DNA of 53,267 nt, counting the filler, from Spirochaetales bacterium (GTDB lineage: Bacteria; Spirochaetota; Spirochaetia; Treponematales; UBA12059): the NCBI GenBank assembly GCA_016928955.1. It is 3 parts of 3 records of this genome, joined end to end, with 100 filler letters (N's around TTAATTAATTAA, not from the genome) between each part and the next. Parts side by side here need not be neighbours in the genome. Positions count along the whole stretch, not along the records: positions 21,498 to 39,582 come from JAFGJV010000032.1; 2 more parts are not named here. One strand, written 5' to 3'. This document shows positions 24,800 through 34,025 of this stretch, piece by piece (position 1 is the first letter of the stretch; the number at the start of each line of letters is the position of its first letter). The notes beneath the pieces were generated by a model, which was not told the DNA's origin, did no database searches, and saw nothing but the letters and a program-made list of their open reading frames with translations. The translations under genes were made by a program, and so were the position numbers.

Positions 24800-25747
24800 T
24801 TGTTCAAACATATCTTCGGGCCCGTGCCTTCCAGGAGGCTGGGCATGTCTCTTGGCATAGACGTCATACCAAAAAAAGTGTGTAGCCTTGATTGCGTATA
24901 CTGCGAGGTGGGCGAGACGACCAAGCTCACGGTGGACCGCAGGGAATACGTGCTGTATGACCGGATCGTGGCCGAGCTGGACCAGTATTTCCAAACCGAG
25001 GATCGGCTTCCGGATTACTACACCTTTTCCGGTTCCGGGGAGCCGACCCTGAACTCGCGGCTGGCCGACCTGATACGCTACGTAAAAGAACGGCGGCCGT
25101 CCGCGCCCGTGGCCGTGCTGACCAACGGAACCCTGTTGCACGATCCCGAGGTTCGCGCGGCCGTGAGCCTGGCCGACCTCGTGCTACCGTCCCTGGATTC
25201 GGCCAGGGAGGAAAGCTTCCGCGCCATCAACCGGCCTGAAGCGTCACTCAGCGTCCAGGCCTATGTTGACGGCCTGGTCGCCTTCCGCGCCGAGTACCCG
25301 GGCAAGATATACCTGGAAGTGTTCGTGCTGCCCGGCTACAACATGGCCGACGAGGACGCCGACAGCCTCAGGGCCGCCGTACTCAGGATAGGCCCGGACC
25401 TGATCCAGATAAACACGCTGGACCGGCCCGGCGCAATACCCGGGCTGCGCGCGGCCACCGAGCGAGAGATAGACTCTTTCATACACAGGCTGAACCTGTC
25501 CCACGTGGAGATCATAGCGCCCGTCCAGGAACGCAAGAAAAACATGTCGTACAGGCACGACACGGAGAGCGCCATCCTGGAGACCATACAGAGGCGGCCG
25601 TGCACCCTGGAGGACATCACCAAGATCCTGGGCATGCACGTGAACGAGGTGAACAAGTACCTGGACGTGCTTGAGAACGACGGCCGCATAGAGGTGGTCA
25701 GCCAGGAACGTGGCTTCTTCTACCGGCCAGCCAGGAAAGAGGCCTGA
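24800..25747 (+). CDS. Radical SAM protein (FGPVPSRRLG family, TYW1-like/COG0731-type) with a C-terminal winged-helix-like domain
   Basis: TTG start after AAGGAGG; FGPVPSRRLG.SLG, CSLDCVYC, SGSGEPTL, LTNG. Confidence 0.9.
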   Translation: MFKHIFGPVPSRRLGMSLGIDVIPKKVCSLDCVYCEVGETTKLTVDRREYVLYDRIVAELDQYFQTEDRLPDYYTFSGSGEPTLNSRLADLIRYVKERRPSAPVAVLTNGTLLHDPEVRAAVSLADLVLPSLDSAREESFRAINRPEASLSVQAYVDGLVAFRAEYPGKIYLEVFVLPGYNMADEDADSLRAAVLRIGPDLIQINTLDRPGAIPGLRAATEREIDSFIHRLNLSHVEIIAPVQERKKNMSYRHDTESAILETIQRRPCTLEDITKILGMHVNEVNKYLDVLENDGRIEVVSQERGFFYRPARKEA

Positions 25748-25761
25748 GCCACGCTGTGTCC

Positions 25762-25791
25762 CCGCGCCGCGGCCCCCGGGCCGCGGCGCGG
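25762..25791. terminator. GC-rich hairpin between convergent genes
   Basis: CCGCGCCGCGGCC-cccg-GGCCGCGGCGCGG; weak U-tract. Confidence 0.55.
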
Positions 25792-25795
25792 ATTT

Positions 25796-26551
25796 CTACG
25801 CCAGCTTGGCGGCGCCGGGTATGGCCCTGAGCAACAGCTCGGTCATGCGCGACGCGTTGTTCTTGAAGATTTCCATCACGGCCTGCCAGGTTACCGGTTC
25901 CTCGTCGTCCTTCCAGCAGTCGTAGTCGGTGGACATGGCCACGGCGGCGTAGGGCAGGTCCAGCTCGCGCGCCATGATGCATTCCGGCGCCGTGCTCATG
26001 TTGATGACGTCGGCGCCCCAGGCGCGGAACATGCGCGACTCGGCCTTGGTGGAGAAGCGCGGCCCCTCGATGGTGACCACCGTGCCCGCTGGATGGAAGC
26101 GTATGCCCATGGCCGCGGCAGCGTCGGCCAGCACGCGCCGGAGCCCTGGGTCAAAGGGTTCGCCCATGGGCACGTGGTGCATGCCGTCCTTGAAGTCGTC
26201 AAACACGGTAACATCGCGCCTGCGCGTGAAGTCTATGAACTGGTCCAGGATGACAAAGTCGCCGCGGCCTATGTCCTCCCGCAGGGAACCCACGGCCGTG
26301 GTGGCCAGCACCGCCGTGCAGCCCGAATCCTTGAGGGCCTGCAGGTTGGCGCGGTTGGGCACGGACGTGGGCGCTATGCTGTGGTCGCGGTTGTGGCGCG
26401 ACAGGATGACCACGTCAATGCCGGCTACCGTGCCCAGGGTCAGGGTTGACGAGGGGTCGCCGAAGCGCGTCGTGACCTGTATCTCCCGGGCGTCGGAAAG
26501 GATCTGAGGGTTTTCCAGCCCCGAGCCGCCTATGATGCCTATTCGTGCCAT
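25796..26551 (-). CDS. mtnP: S-methyl-5'-thioadenosine phosphorylase
   Basis: IGIIGGSG, AVGSLRE, DQFID.T, EGPRFST.AES, INMS..PE, TDYDCW; GGAGGA RBS. Confidence 0.95.
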   Translation of the reverse strand: MARIGIIGGSGLENPQILSDAREIQVTTRFGDPSSTLTLGTVAGIDVVILSRHNRDHSIAPTSVPNRANLQALKDSGCTAVLATTAVGSLREDIGRGDFVILDQFIDFTRRRDVTVFDDFKDGMHHVPMGEPFDPGLRRVLADAAAAMGIRFHPAGTVVTIEGPRFSTKAESRMFRAWGADVINMSTAPECIMARELDLPYAAVAMSTDYDCWKDDEEPVTWQAVMEIFKNNASRMTELLLRAIPGAAKLA

Positions 26552-26553
26552 GT

Positions 26554-27183
26554 TCATATCCTCCGTGCGCGTTCCATGATAGCGTCGTACGCCTGCCGCA
26601 GGTCCGTCCCCGCGGCGAACACCCCGTCCTGGTGGCCGAGCGCCACGACCAGGATGGGCAGGTTTCCGCGTTCCAGGGCCAGGTCGCCCAGGCGATTGTA
26701 CAGCATGCGGCTGCCGTAGGGAATGTTCTCCCCGGTGCACAGGTCTCCGGCGCGCGCCATGGCTTCCCACAGCCGCCTGGCGTGCACATGGATGACGCCG
26801 CCCACTTCCGGCCGCCGGTATAGGGCGGCGTGGCTCAGGGCCTCGCTGGACGGGAGGCAGGCGCCGCGGCAGTCCACGCTGCCCGAGCTGAAGTCCCAGG
26901 CGTCCACAATCACGTAGTCGCCCGGACCCAGCCTGTCCTTGTGCCCGGTCTGCGTGCCCGATATCACAAAGCCGCCGTCCGGCCGCCGCGCGGATATGTT
27001 GCCGTAGCCCACGTCTAGCTCGGGGTCGTGGCCGACCAGGCCAGCGCGCCACAGGAGGGAGCGGATTTCCTCGACGCGCTCCCACTCGTCGCCCGGCAGT
27101 CCCGGGACCACGACGCGCTTTGCAACGGTGAACTTGATGACGCCGTCGGCGCCGCCCGCTTCCGTGCGTTCAGGCGCGGCCAT
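26554..27183 (-). CDS. Class II aldolase/adducin-family protein (MtnB/Ald2-like)
   Basis: GNISAR, PSSEALSH, VIHVH and GH motifs; lies between mtnA and mtnP. Confidence 0.85.
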   Translation of the reverse strand: MAAPERTEAGGADGVIKFTVAKRVVVPGLPGDEWERVEEIRSLLWRAGLVGHDPELDVGYGNISARRPDGGFVISGTQTGHKDRLGPGDYVIVDAWDFSSGSVDCRGACLPSSEALSHAALYRRPEVGGVIHVHARRLWEAMARAGDLCTGENIPYGSRMLYNRLGDLALERGNLPILVVALGHQDGVFAAGTDLRQAYDAIMERARRI

Positions 27184-28276
27184 GCGCGCCTCCCGCCAGT
27201 CCGGCCCGGAGTCCGGCCGCGTCGAATACGCCGAGCTCGGTTATGTAGCCGGTCACCAGCCGGGCCGGCGTTACGTCAAAGCCGGGGTTGGCGGCCACGG
27301 TGCCCGGCGCGTATATGCCGAGTGACGCCGCTTTTCCGTCCGCCTGCCCGTGGATGGTGAGTACCTCGTCCTGCGCCCGTTCCTCTATGGGTATGCTCCG
27401 AAGTCCCTCGGGCAGGGCAGGGTCAAAGCTGGGCGACGGCAGGGCCACGTAGAACGGCACGCCGTTGTCATGCGCGGCCAGGGCCTTGAGGTAGGTACCT
27501 ATCTTGTTGGCCACGTCGCCGTTGGCCGCCGTCCGGTCGGTGCCCACAATGACCACGTCCACCTGGCCGCGCTGCATGAGGTGGCCGCCGGCGTTGTCGC
27601 ACAGCACCGTGTTGGGCACGCCGTTCTGGCCCAGCTCCCAGGACGTCAGGGCTCCCTGGACGCGTGGCCTGGTCTCGTCCACCCACACGTGGAGCCGCAC
27701 GCCCCTGCGCGCCGCCTCGTATATGGCAGCCGTCACGGTGCCGTGGTCCACGGTGGCCAGCCAGCCGGCGTTGCAGTGGGTGAGCACGTTGAGCGGGCGA
27801 CCCTTGTCCGCGGCCAAACGCTTAAGGATGTCGGCGCCGTGCATCCCCAGGGCGGCGCAGATAGCCACGTCCTCGTCCGCTATGGCCCGGGCCTCGGCCA
27901 GGGTTGCCTGGGCCGCTTCCTTGGGACTGGACGCCCCGGCCAGCGCCTTGCGCATGCGTTCCACGGCCCAGCGCAGGTTGACGGCCGTGGGCCTGGCGGC
28001 ATCCAGCTCGGCCAACGCCGAGCCCATGGCCGCCTCGAAATCAGCCTGGTCAAGCCCGGAGTATTCCCGCGCGGCCAGGTAGGCCCCGTAGGCGCCGGCC
28101 GCCCCGATGAGCGGGGCGCCGCGCAGGTGCATGTCCCGTATGGCAATGACGGCGTCGCGGTAGCCGGCCAGGCGTTCCACGCTGACCGTGAAGGGCAGGC
28201 GGCGCTGGTCGATGATGCATACGGCGCCGTGGTCGTCTTCCCAGATGGAGCGGTACGGGTGTCCGTCAATGAGCAT
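27170..28276 (-). CDS. mtnA: S-methyl-5-thioribose-1-phosphate isomerase
   Basis: IDQRRLP, RGAPLIG, RPTAVNL, THCNAGWLAT, DETRP..QG, ANKIGTY, FDVTP. Confidence 0.96.
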   Translation of the reverse strand: MLIDGHPYRSIWEDDHGAVCIIDQRRLPFTVSVERLAGYRDAVIAIRDMHLRGAPLIGAAGAYGAYLAAREYSGLDQADFEAAMGSALAELDAARPTAVNLRWAVERMRKALAGASSPKEAAQATLAEARAIADEDVAICAALGMHGADILKRLAADKGRPLNVLTHCNAGWLATVDHGTVTAAIYEAARRGVRLHVWVDETRPRVQGALTSWELGQNGVPNTVLCDNAGGHLMQRGQVDVVIVGTDRTAANGDVANKIGTYLKALAAHDNGVPFYVALPSPSFDPALPEGLRSIPIEERAQDEVLTIHGQADGKAASLGIYAPGTVAANPGFDVTPARLVTGYITELGVFDAAGLRAGLAGGAHGRA

Positions 28277-29888
28277 GCTTCCTCCGTGGTCGCGGGCGGA
28301 TAAAACGCGGGCCGTCCGGGCCGGGCTGGCAGGTCCAGGTTCCCGGCGAGCGCGGCCAGCGCCGGGCAAAGTCTACAATGCCCGCGCCGGCGGCGTCGAG
28401 CAGATCTTCCGGATTCCAGTCCAGGTCCAGGCTGGAGGGCAGGCCGTCGGCCAGGGCCCTGGTCCACGCCCCGGATGCCCGTATCAAGTGCAGGGCGGCC
28501 TGGGCGCTGGCGTCGTTGCGGCCTAGATCGGCCAGCAGGTTCCCAAAGAAGGCCAGCTGGCGCTCTTCCACGGCCTCATGGGGAGAAGCGGCCGGCAGGG
28601 GGGCAAAGCGCGCGGCCCAGGCCTCGAAGATGGCCGACGGTTTGCGGCGGGCCAGCCTGCTTACGGCCTTGAACCACATCACGGCCCGGCCGCGGTTATA
28701 GAGCTCGTCGGCCGCTGCCGACAGGGTGCCGGCGGCGTCCAGGTCGGCGGCCGGAAAGGTCGGCGTGGAGCGCACGGCGTAGGGAGGGACGGCCTGGTAC
28801 TCAAGGCCCAGGTTTTCCGCGTGCTCGCGCAGGGCCGTGCCCGGGAGGACCGACAGGCGGAACAGGTCCAGGTGGTTGGGCCCGCGCTCCACGGCCCAGT
28901 CCAGGCTTTTCCGGAAGCTGGCCAGGCTATCCCCGGGCAGGCCGTAGATGAGGTCCACGCCGTAGGTCACGCCCGCTCGCTCGAGCATGCGCGCGCCTTT
29001 GGACCAGGCCGTCATGTCGCCAGACCGGTCGGACAGGGCCAGCACCTCGGGGTCGGCGCTCTGGAGCCCGAGCTGGACCGAACAGGCCACGCCCGACAGA
29101 AGCCGGGCCTGTTCCGGCGTCACGAGCTCGGCGCGGAGCTCCAGGAAGTAGCGGAGGCCGGCGCCGCGCTCGCGGAACAGCCCGAGGGCGGCCTTCATGC
29201 GCTCGGGCCTGGCGTTGAAGGTGGGATCCAGCACGAACACCTCGTCCACGCCGGCGGCTTTGAACGCGTCCAGCTCGAAGGCGGCCCGCTCCAGGGGCGC
29301 GGGTAAAACGCGCTTTTGGCCCTTGGACTCGTAACAGAAGGCGCAGCGGTAGGGGCAGCCCCGGGTCAGCTCCATGGCCGCGCCGCCGTAGCGCGCCGGG
29401 TCCAGGGTGCCGTCCAGCCAGGGCGACGGCAAGGACGCCAGGTCGGTCACGGGCACGCCCAGCGTCCTCTGGGCGGGCAGTCCGGCGCCCGAGCGCAGGC
29501 GGCCAACGAGGTCCGGCAAGGCCGCCTCGCCCGCGCCCACCACAACCAGGTCCACCGCAGCGCTCCGGAGGACGCCGTCCGCGTCGCCGGACGCTTCCGG
29601 GCCGCCTGCCACCACGGTCAGTCCGGGCCGGGCCTTCCTCACCACGGCGGCCGCGTCCAAGAGCGTCGCCCGATTCCATACGTACAGGGACAGGCCCAGA
29701 AGGTCGGGCTCCAGGTCCAAAGCCCGCCTGGCCAGGTCGCCCGAGTCGGTGCCTTCCAGGACGAGCGCGTCCGCCAGGCCGTCGCGTTTCAGGGCAGAGG
29801 CCACGCAGGCCGCTCCGTAGGGGGCGTTGCGCGTGCCGGTTCCTGCCGGACTGGTGAGAAGGACGACCAGAAAATTCTGGCCCGTCAC
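28266..29888 (-). CDS. B12-binding-domain radical SAM protein
   Basis: PYG, GLSLYVWN and GGPE in the B12 domain; TRGCPYRCAFC, DPTFN, DLIYGLPGD. GTG start overlaps the cobB stop. Confidence 0.9.
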   Translation of the reverse strand: MTGQNFLVVLLTSPAGTGTRNAPYGAACVASALKRDGLADALVLEGTDSGDLARRALDLEPDLLGLSLYVWNRATLLDAAAVVRKARPGLTVVAGGPEASGDADGVLRSAAVDLVVVGAGEAALPDLVGRLRSGAGLPAQRTLGVPVTDLASLPSPWLDGTLDPARYGGAAMELTRGCPYRCAFCYESKGQKRVLPAPLERAAFELDAFKAAGVDEVFVLDPTFNARPERMKAALGLFRERGAGLRYFLELRAELVTPEQARLLSGVACSVQLGLQSADPEVLALSDRSGDMTAWSKGARMLERAGVTYGVDLIYGLPGDSLASFRKSLDWAVERGPNHLDLFRLSVLPGTALREHAENLGLEYQAVPPYAVRSTPTFPAADLDAAGTLSAAADELYNRGRAVMWFKAVSRLARRKPSAIFEAWAARFAPLPAASPHEAVEERQLAFFGNLLADLGRNDASAQAALHLIRASGAWTRALADGLPSSLDLDWNPEDLLDAAGAGIVDFARRWPRSPGTWTCQPGPDGPRFIRPRPRRKHAH

Positions 29889-30664
29889 GGCGTGGCCGTC
29901 CCGCGCAGGCGCCGGTCCAGGGCCACAAGGGCTTCCGACGCGCCCATGGGCAGGAACACGCCGGTTATGTCGTCCGTGAACGTGCTGGGCTCGGGATTGA
30001 CCTCTATGACCGTGCCACCGCCTCCGGCCACGACGCGCGGTATGGTTGCCGCTGGGTAGACCAGGCCCGTGGACCCTATGACCAGGCACACGTCGGCTTT
30101 TCTGGCCGCGTCATAGGCGGACGAGCTGGCCGCCGGGTCTATGCCCTCGCCAAAGAAGGTAAAGTCAGGTTTGTATATCCCGCCGCAGGGACAGCGGGGC
30201 GGCAGGGTTTCCAGGAGCTCCCGCGCGCTGGGTACGCGGGCCCCGCAGCGCATGCACGACAGGGTGGCCGTGGTGCCGTGGAACTCGGACAGGCGCCTGG
30301 AGCCGGCCGCCGCGTGGAGGCCGTCTATATTTTGGGTGACGGTGAAGTTCAGGATGCCCTGTTGTTCCCAGGCGGCCAGGACCCGGTGGGCGTCGTTGGG
30401 CTGGAACGGCGGCCGTTCGCCATCGGGCGAGGCAAAGGCGTAGAAAATGTCCCTGATGGTCGGCCAGGCCAGCTCCGGATGGGCGCGGAAGTAGCCGAGC
30501 TCCAGGTGTCGCTCGTCGTAGCGTTCCCAGATACCTCCGGCCCCGCGGAACGTGGGCACGCCGGATTCCGCGGATATGCCGGCGCCCGTAAACGCTATCA
30601 CGCTCCTGGCTCCGGCCAGTATGGCAGCGGCCTTGTCCAGGGCGCGTTCTGTATCGTGGTTCAT
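29885..30664 (-). CDS. cobB: NAD-dependent protein deacylase (sirtuin)
   Basis: GAGISAESGVPTFRG, TQNIDGLH, HG, CxxC...CxC, FFGE, GSTGLVYPAA, EVNPE. Confidence 0.93.
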   Translation of the reverse strand: MNHDTERALDKAAAILAGARSVIAFTGAGISAESGVPTFRGAGGIWERYDERHLELGYFRAHPELAWPTIRDIFYAFASPDGERPPFQPNDAHRVLAAWEQQGILNFTVTQNIDGLHAAAGSRRLSEFHGTTATLSCMRCGARVPSARELLETLPPRCPCGGIYKPDFTFFGEGIDPAASSSAYDAARKADVCLVIGSTGLVYPAATIPRVVAGGGGTVIEVNPEPSTFTDDITGVFLPMGASEALVALDRRLRGTATP

Positions 30665-30786
30665 TGGTCTCCCTTGACCAGCCCGGGCGCGAGCGGCCAC
30701 ACTGCCCGTGGTGTCCGCCCCGTTGTGTCCGCGGCCCTGAGCGCCGGCATGCCCAGTATACAACACGGACCCAGGCAAGGAAGAGC

Positions 30787-31278
30787 ATGAGCGCGTTGCT
30801 ACAAGAACTGAATCCCCTGGTCCTGGCCGCCCTGGTCCTGGTGCTGGCCGCCCTGACCCTGGCCCTGGCGGCCGGCCTGGCCCTGGGGCGGCGGCAGGGC
30901 AGGGCCGAGGCCGAACGCGACGCCCGGGAGCGCACGGAAGCCGCGCGCGAGGACGCCGTCAAACGGTCGCGGGCCGTGCTCACCGGCCAGATAGGCGAAC
31001 AGCTGGCTCCCTACCTGCCGGGCTTTCCCTGCCGCCCGGAGGACGCGCGCTTTGTGGGCAAACCCGTGGATTTTGTGGCGTTTCCGGGCCTGTCGGAAGG
31101 GGCGCCGGCGGAACTCCTTCTGGTGGAGGTCAAGTCGGGCGACGCCAGGCTGTCGGCCGCCGAGCGCGCCATCCGCGACGCCGTGCTGGCGGGCAGGGTG
31201 CGCTGGGTCGAGTACCGCCTGCCGGTTGGCGGCGCGGAAGCGGACAAAGGACCCCGGGAGCGCGGGCGTCGTCCTTGA
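30787..31278 (+). CDS. Membrane-anchored Holliday-junction-resolvase-like endonuclease (Endonuc_Holl type)
   Basis: N-terminal TM; SRAVL.GQ..EQLAPYLP.F, RFVGKPVDFVAF, EVKSG (PD-(D/E)xK). Confidence 0.88.
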   Translation: MSALLQELNPLVLAALVLVLAALTLALAAGLALGRRQGRAEAERDARERTEAAREDAVKRSRAVLTGQIGEQLAPYLPGFPCRPEDARFVGKPVDFVAFPGLSEGAPAELLLVEVKSGDARLSAAERAIRDAVLAGRVRWVEYRLPVGGAEADKGPRERGRRP

Positions 31279-31330
31279 CCCGTCCCCGCCCAGGGTCTAT
31301 CCTGAGCGTATCAGCACGACGGGGAGCCGC

Positions 31331-32005
31331 ATGAGGGAATACCTCGAACTGGACACCGAAGAACGCATCAAGGCTTTCACGCATCCCTACCGCATGAAGC
31401 TCCTCCATGCCCTGCGCGAGGCGGGACGCCCGTCCACGGCCACGGAGGTGGCCAGGAGCCTGGGCGACGGGCCGGGCAAGGCCCATTACCACATGCGCAT
31501 TTTGGAAAGCGCCGGCATTGTGGAGGTGGCGCGCACGGAGCTGGTCAACGGCATCGTGGCGCGGTATTACGAACCGTCGGCCAAGCATTTTTCCGTCCGG
31601 GGCGACGAGGGCGACGAGGGCCTGCGCGACGAGCTGGCCCGCATGGTGTCGCGCCGTTTCCGCGAGGGGCTCAAGACCTTCCTGGAGCGCACCATGGGCG
31701 AGGCGGGCGCGGAGGAAAAGGGCTCACGGGGCTTTCTCTTTGATCTGACCGTGCACTGCACGGACGACGACTGGCGGGAACTCCGCGGCATCATGGACGA
31801 GCTGGCCGCCCGCTTTTCGTCGCCCAAGCCAGGCAGCCGCCCCCGGCGCATTTTCGTGGCCGGTGCCACGGATCTGCCGGAGGCGGAGGCCAAGGCCAAC
31901 TCAACCATGCCCAGGCGCTCGGCGCCCGCGGCCCGCTGGACCTTTGGCGTAAGCCTTCCCGGCTCCGGCGAACCCTGGCGCCCGTCCGAGCCGCCGGCCA
32001 GATGA
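31331..32005 (+). CDS. ArsR-like winged-helix transcriptional regulator
   Basis: IKAFTHPYRMKLL, HYHMRILESAG.V, NGIVARYY. Confidence 0.85.
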   Translation: MREYLELDTEERIKAFTHPYRMKLLHALREAGRPSTATEVARSLGDGPGKAHYHMRILESAGIVEVARTELVNGIVARYYEPSAKHFSVRGDEGDEGLRDELARMVSRRFREGLKTFLERTMGEAGAEEKGSRGFLFDLTVHCTDDDWRELRGIMDELAARFSSPKPGSRPRRIFVAGATDLPEAEAKANSTMPRRSAPAARWTFGVSLPGSGEPWRPSEPPAR

Positions 32006-33225
32006 GCGGGCCAGGGGACGCAGGTATCCCGCTGCTTAAGCGCCACGGTGCGCGGGTCCTGATAGCGGGCGGCGGGGGCACGGGCGCCGCCCTGGCCTGG
32101 GACCTGGCCCTGCGCGGCCTGGACGTGGTCCTGGCAGAGCGCGGGGAATTCACCTCGGGCACCACGGGCCGCCACCACGGCCAGCTCCACTGCGGCGCCC
32201 GCTACGCCGTGGGCGACCGCTCCGTAGCCCGCGAGTGCATGGCCGAGACCCTGATACTCCGCCGCATCATACCGCAAGCCATAGAGTACAACGGCGGCGT
32301 GTTCGTCGCCCTTACGGACGACGAGGCCGAGTACGCGGATACCTTCCTGTCTGCCTGCCTGGAGTCCGGCATACCCGCCCGCGAGCATCCTCCCGCCGTT
32401 GCCAGGTCCTGGGAACCGGCCATCAATCCGGCAGCCAAACGGACGGTGTGGGTACCGGACGGCACCATAGACGCCTACCGCCTGCCCCTGTCGTTCCTGG
32501 CGGGCGCCGCCGGCCTGGGCGCCCGGCTCTGGTCGTTCACCGAGCTTGAATCCGTAGAACTGTCTTCAGGCCGGGCGGTTTCGGCTACCCTGAGGGGCCC
32601 GGACGGAAAGCGCCACGCGGAGTCCTTTGACGCTTTGGTCAACGCGGCAGGAGCCTGGGCGGGACAGGTAGGAAAGCTGGCCGGCCTGGATATAGGCATA
32701 ACGCCGGCCCCCGGGGCCATGGTGGCGGTACGCGGGCGCCTGTCGGACATGGTCGTGTCCCGGCTGGCCCCGCCCGGCGACGGAGACATCATTGTCCCCC
32801 AGCGTGGCCTATCCATCATAGGCAGCACGCAGAGCCGCGCGGAGTCGCCGGACGGCATCCTGCCAAGACCGGAAGACGTGGCTTTTCTCCTGTCCCGGGC
32901 TGACGAGCTGGTGCCGGGCTTTTCCAGCGCGCCCGTGCACGCAGCCTGGGCCGCGGCGCGTCCCCTGGCCGGGAGGGCGGCCACCGACGCCGAAGGCCGC
33001 GCCATCAGCCGGGATTTCCAGGTCCTGGACCACGCGGCCGACGGGGTCCGCGGCATGTTCACCCTGATAGGCGGCAAGGCCACCGTGCTCAGGGCCATGG
33101 CGGAAAAAGCGGCGGACGCCGTGTGCGCCCACCTGGGCATCGCCGAGCCCTGCCGTACGGCCGAACTGCGCCTGCCGTCATGGCGGCGCATGTTTCCGGG
33201 TATGGAGGGCAGGGCACGCCTATGA
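32002..33225 (+). CDS. GlpA-like FAD-dependent oxidoreductase (anaerobic glycerol-3-phosphate dehydrogenase A family, without the BFD tail)
   Basis: GGGGTG, SGTTGRHHGQLHCGARYAV, NAAGAWA, PGDGDIIVP, GGKAT..RAMAE. Confidence 0.85.
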   Translation: MSGPGDAGIPLLKRHGARVLIAGGGGTGAALAWDLALRGLDVVLAERGEFTSGTTGRHHGQLHCGARYAVGDRSVARECMAETLILRRIIPQAIEYNGGVFVALTDDEAEYADTFLSACLESGIPAREHPPAVARSWEPAINPAAKRTVWVPDGTIDAYRLPLSFLAGAAGLGARLWSFTELESVELSSGRAVSATLRGPDGKRHAESFDALVNAAGAWAGQVGKLAGLDIGITPAPGAMVAVRGRLSDMVVSRLAPPGDGDIIVPQRGLSIIGSTQSRAESPDGILPRPEDVAFLLSRADELVPGFSSAPVHAAWAAARPLAGRAATDAEGRAISRDFQVLDHAADGVRGMFTLIGGKATVLRAMAEKAADAVCAHLGIAEPCRTAELRLPSWRRMFPGMEGRARL

Positions 33226-33956
33226 TAGAGGCCACGTTCAGGATACGTCAGGCCGGGCACTGGTACCAGGCCAGCGGGGATTTCCCGGACGACGCCAGTG
33301 TGCTGGACGCTTTGGAAGCGCTCAGGCTGCGCGACCCGCGCGGCTTTCCGGCCTACCGGCATTCCTGCCACCACGGATCCTGCGGAACCTGCGGGGCCAT
33401 AATCAACGGCACGGAAAGCCTCATGTGCCTTACGCGCCTGTCCGAGCTGGCCGCACCCAGGCCGGACAAAGGCGGCGGCGCGCCCAGCGAGCCTGTTTTG
33501 GACGGCCAGGGCAGGCTGGTGGTGACCCTGGAGCCACTCACCCGTGCCGTCCTGATAGCGGGCATAGCGGCGCGGTCCGCGGGGCTCCTGGAAGGCGTGC
33601 CAGCCGACGCTGGTTACCATGTGCCGTCAGACCCGGCCGGCCGGGCGGACCTGCCCGGCGACGCGATCGGGCGGAGTCGTTTTGACGCCTGTATTGAGTG
33701 CGGGCTCTGCCTGTCAGCCTGCCCGGCGCCCGAGCCCTTCATAGGTCCGGCCGCCTTGGCCGCCCTGCACGGCCTGGCCGAACGGGAACCCGGGCGCTCG
33801 GGTCCGATCCTGGACCGGGCGGGCCAGCCTGACGGAGTGGCCGCCTGCCGGAAGCATTTTGCCTGTTCGCGGGTATGTCCCCAGGGCGTGGCCCCGGGCA
33901 AGCGCATCCAGCTTCTGCGAAACCAATTGGGCAGGCGCCCGCAGAACGCCGGCTGA
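33222..33956 (+). CDS. SdhB/FrdB-like iron-sulfur subunit
   Basis: YRHSCHHGSCGTC...C (2Fe-2S), CIECGLC..ACP (4Fe-4S), C.....CSRVCP (3Fe-4S); ATGA overlap. Confidence 0.88.
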   Translation: MIEATFRIRQAGHWYQASGDFPDDASVLDALEALRLRDPRGFPAYRHSCHHGSCGTCGAIINGTESLMCLTRLSELAAPRPDKGGGAPSEPVLDGQGRLVVTLEPLTRAVLIAGIAARSAGLLEGVPADAGYHVPSDPAGRADLPGDAIGRSRFDACIECGLCLSACPAPEPFIGPAALAALHGLAEREPGRSGPILDRAGQPDGVAACRKHFACSRVCPQGVAPGKRIQLLRNQLGRRPQNAG

Positions 33957-34025
33957 TAGTCCGGCCGGCTTGGTTTGGCCGGGTTTTTGTCCTATACTGT
34001 CGTCATCATCCCTGTGGAGCTCCCC

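Noticed and set aside
30787..31278. Anti-phage defence system from the sirtuin plus PD-(D/E)xK nuclease
   Set aside because: The sirtuin is a canonical Zn-binding CobB, not a defence SIR2 domain. The genes are divergent and host-like in composition.
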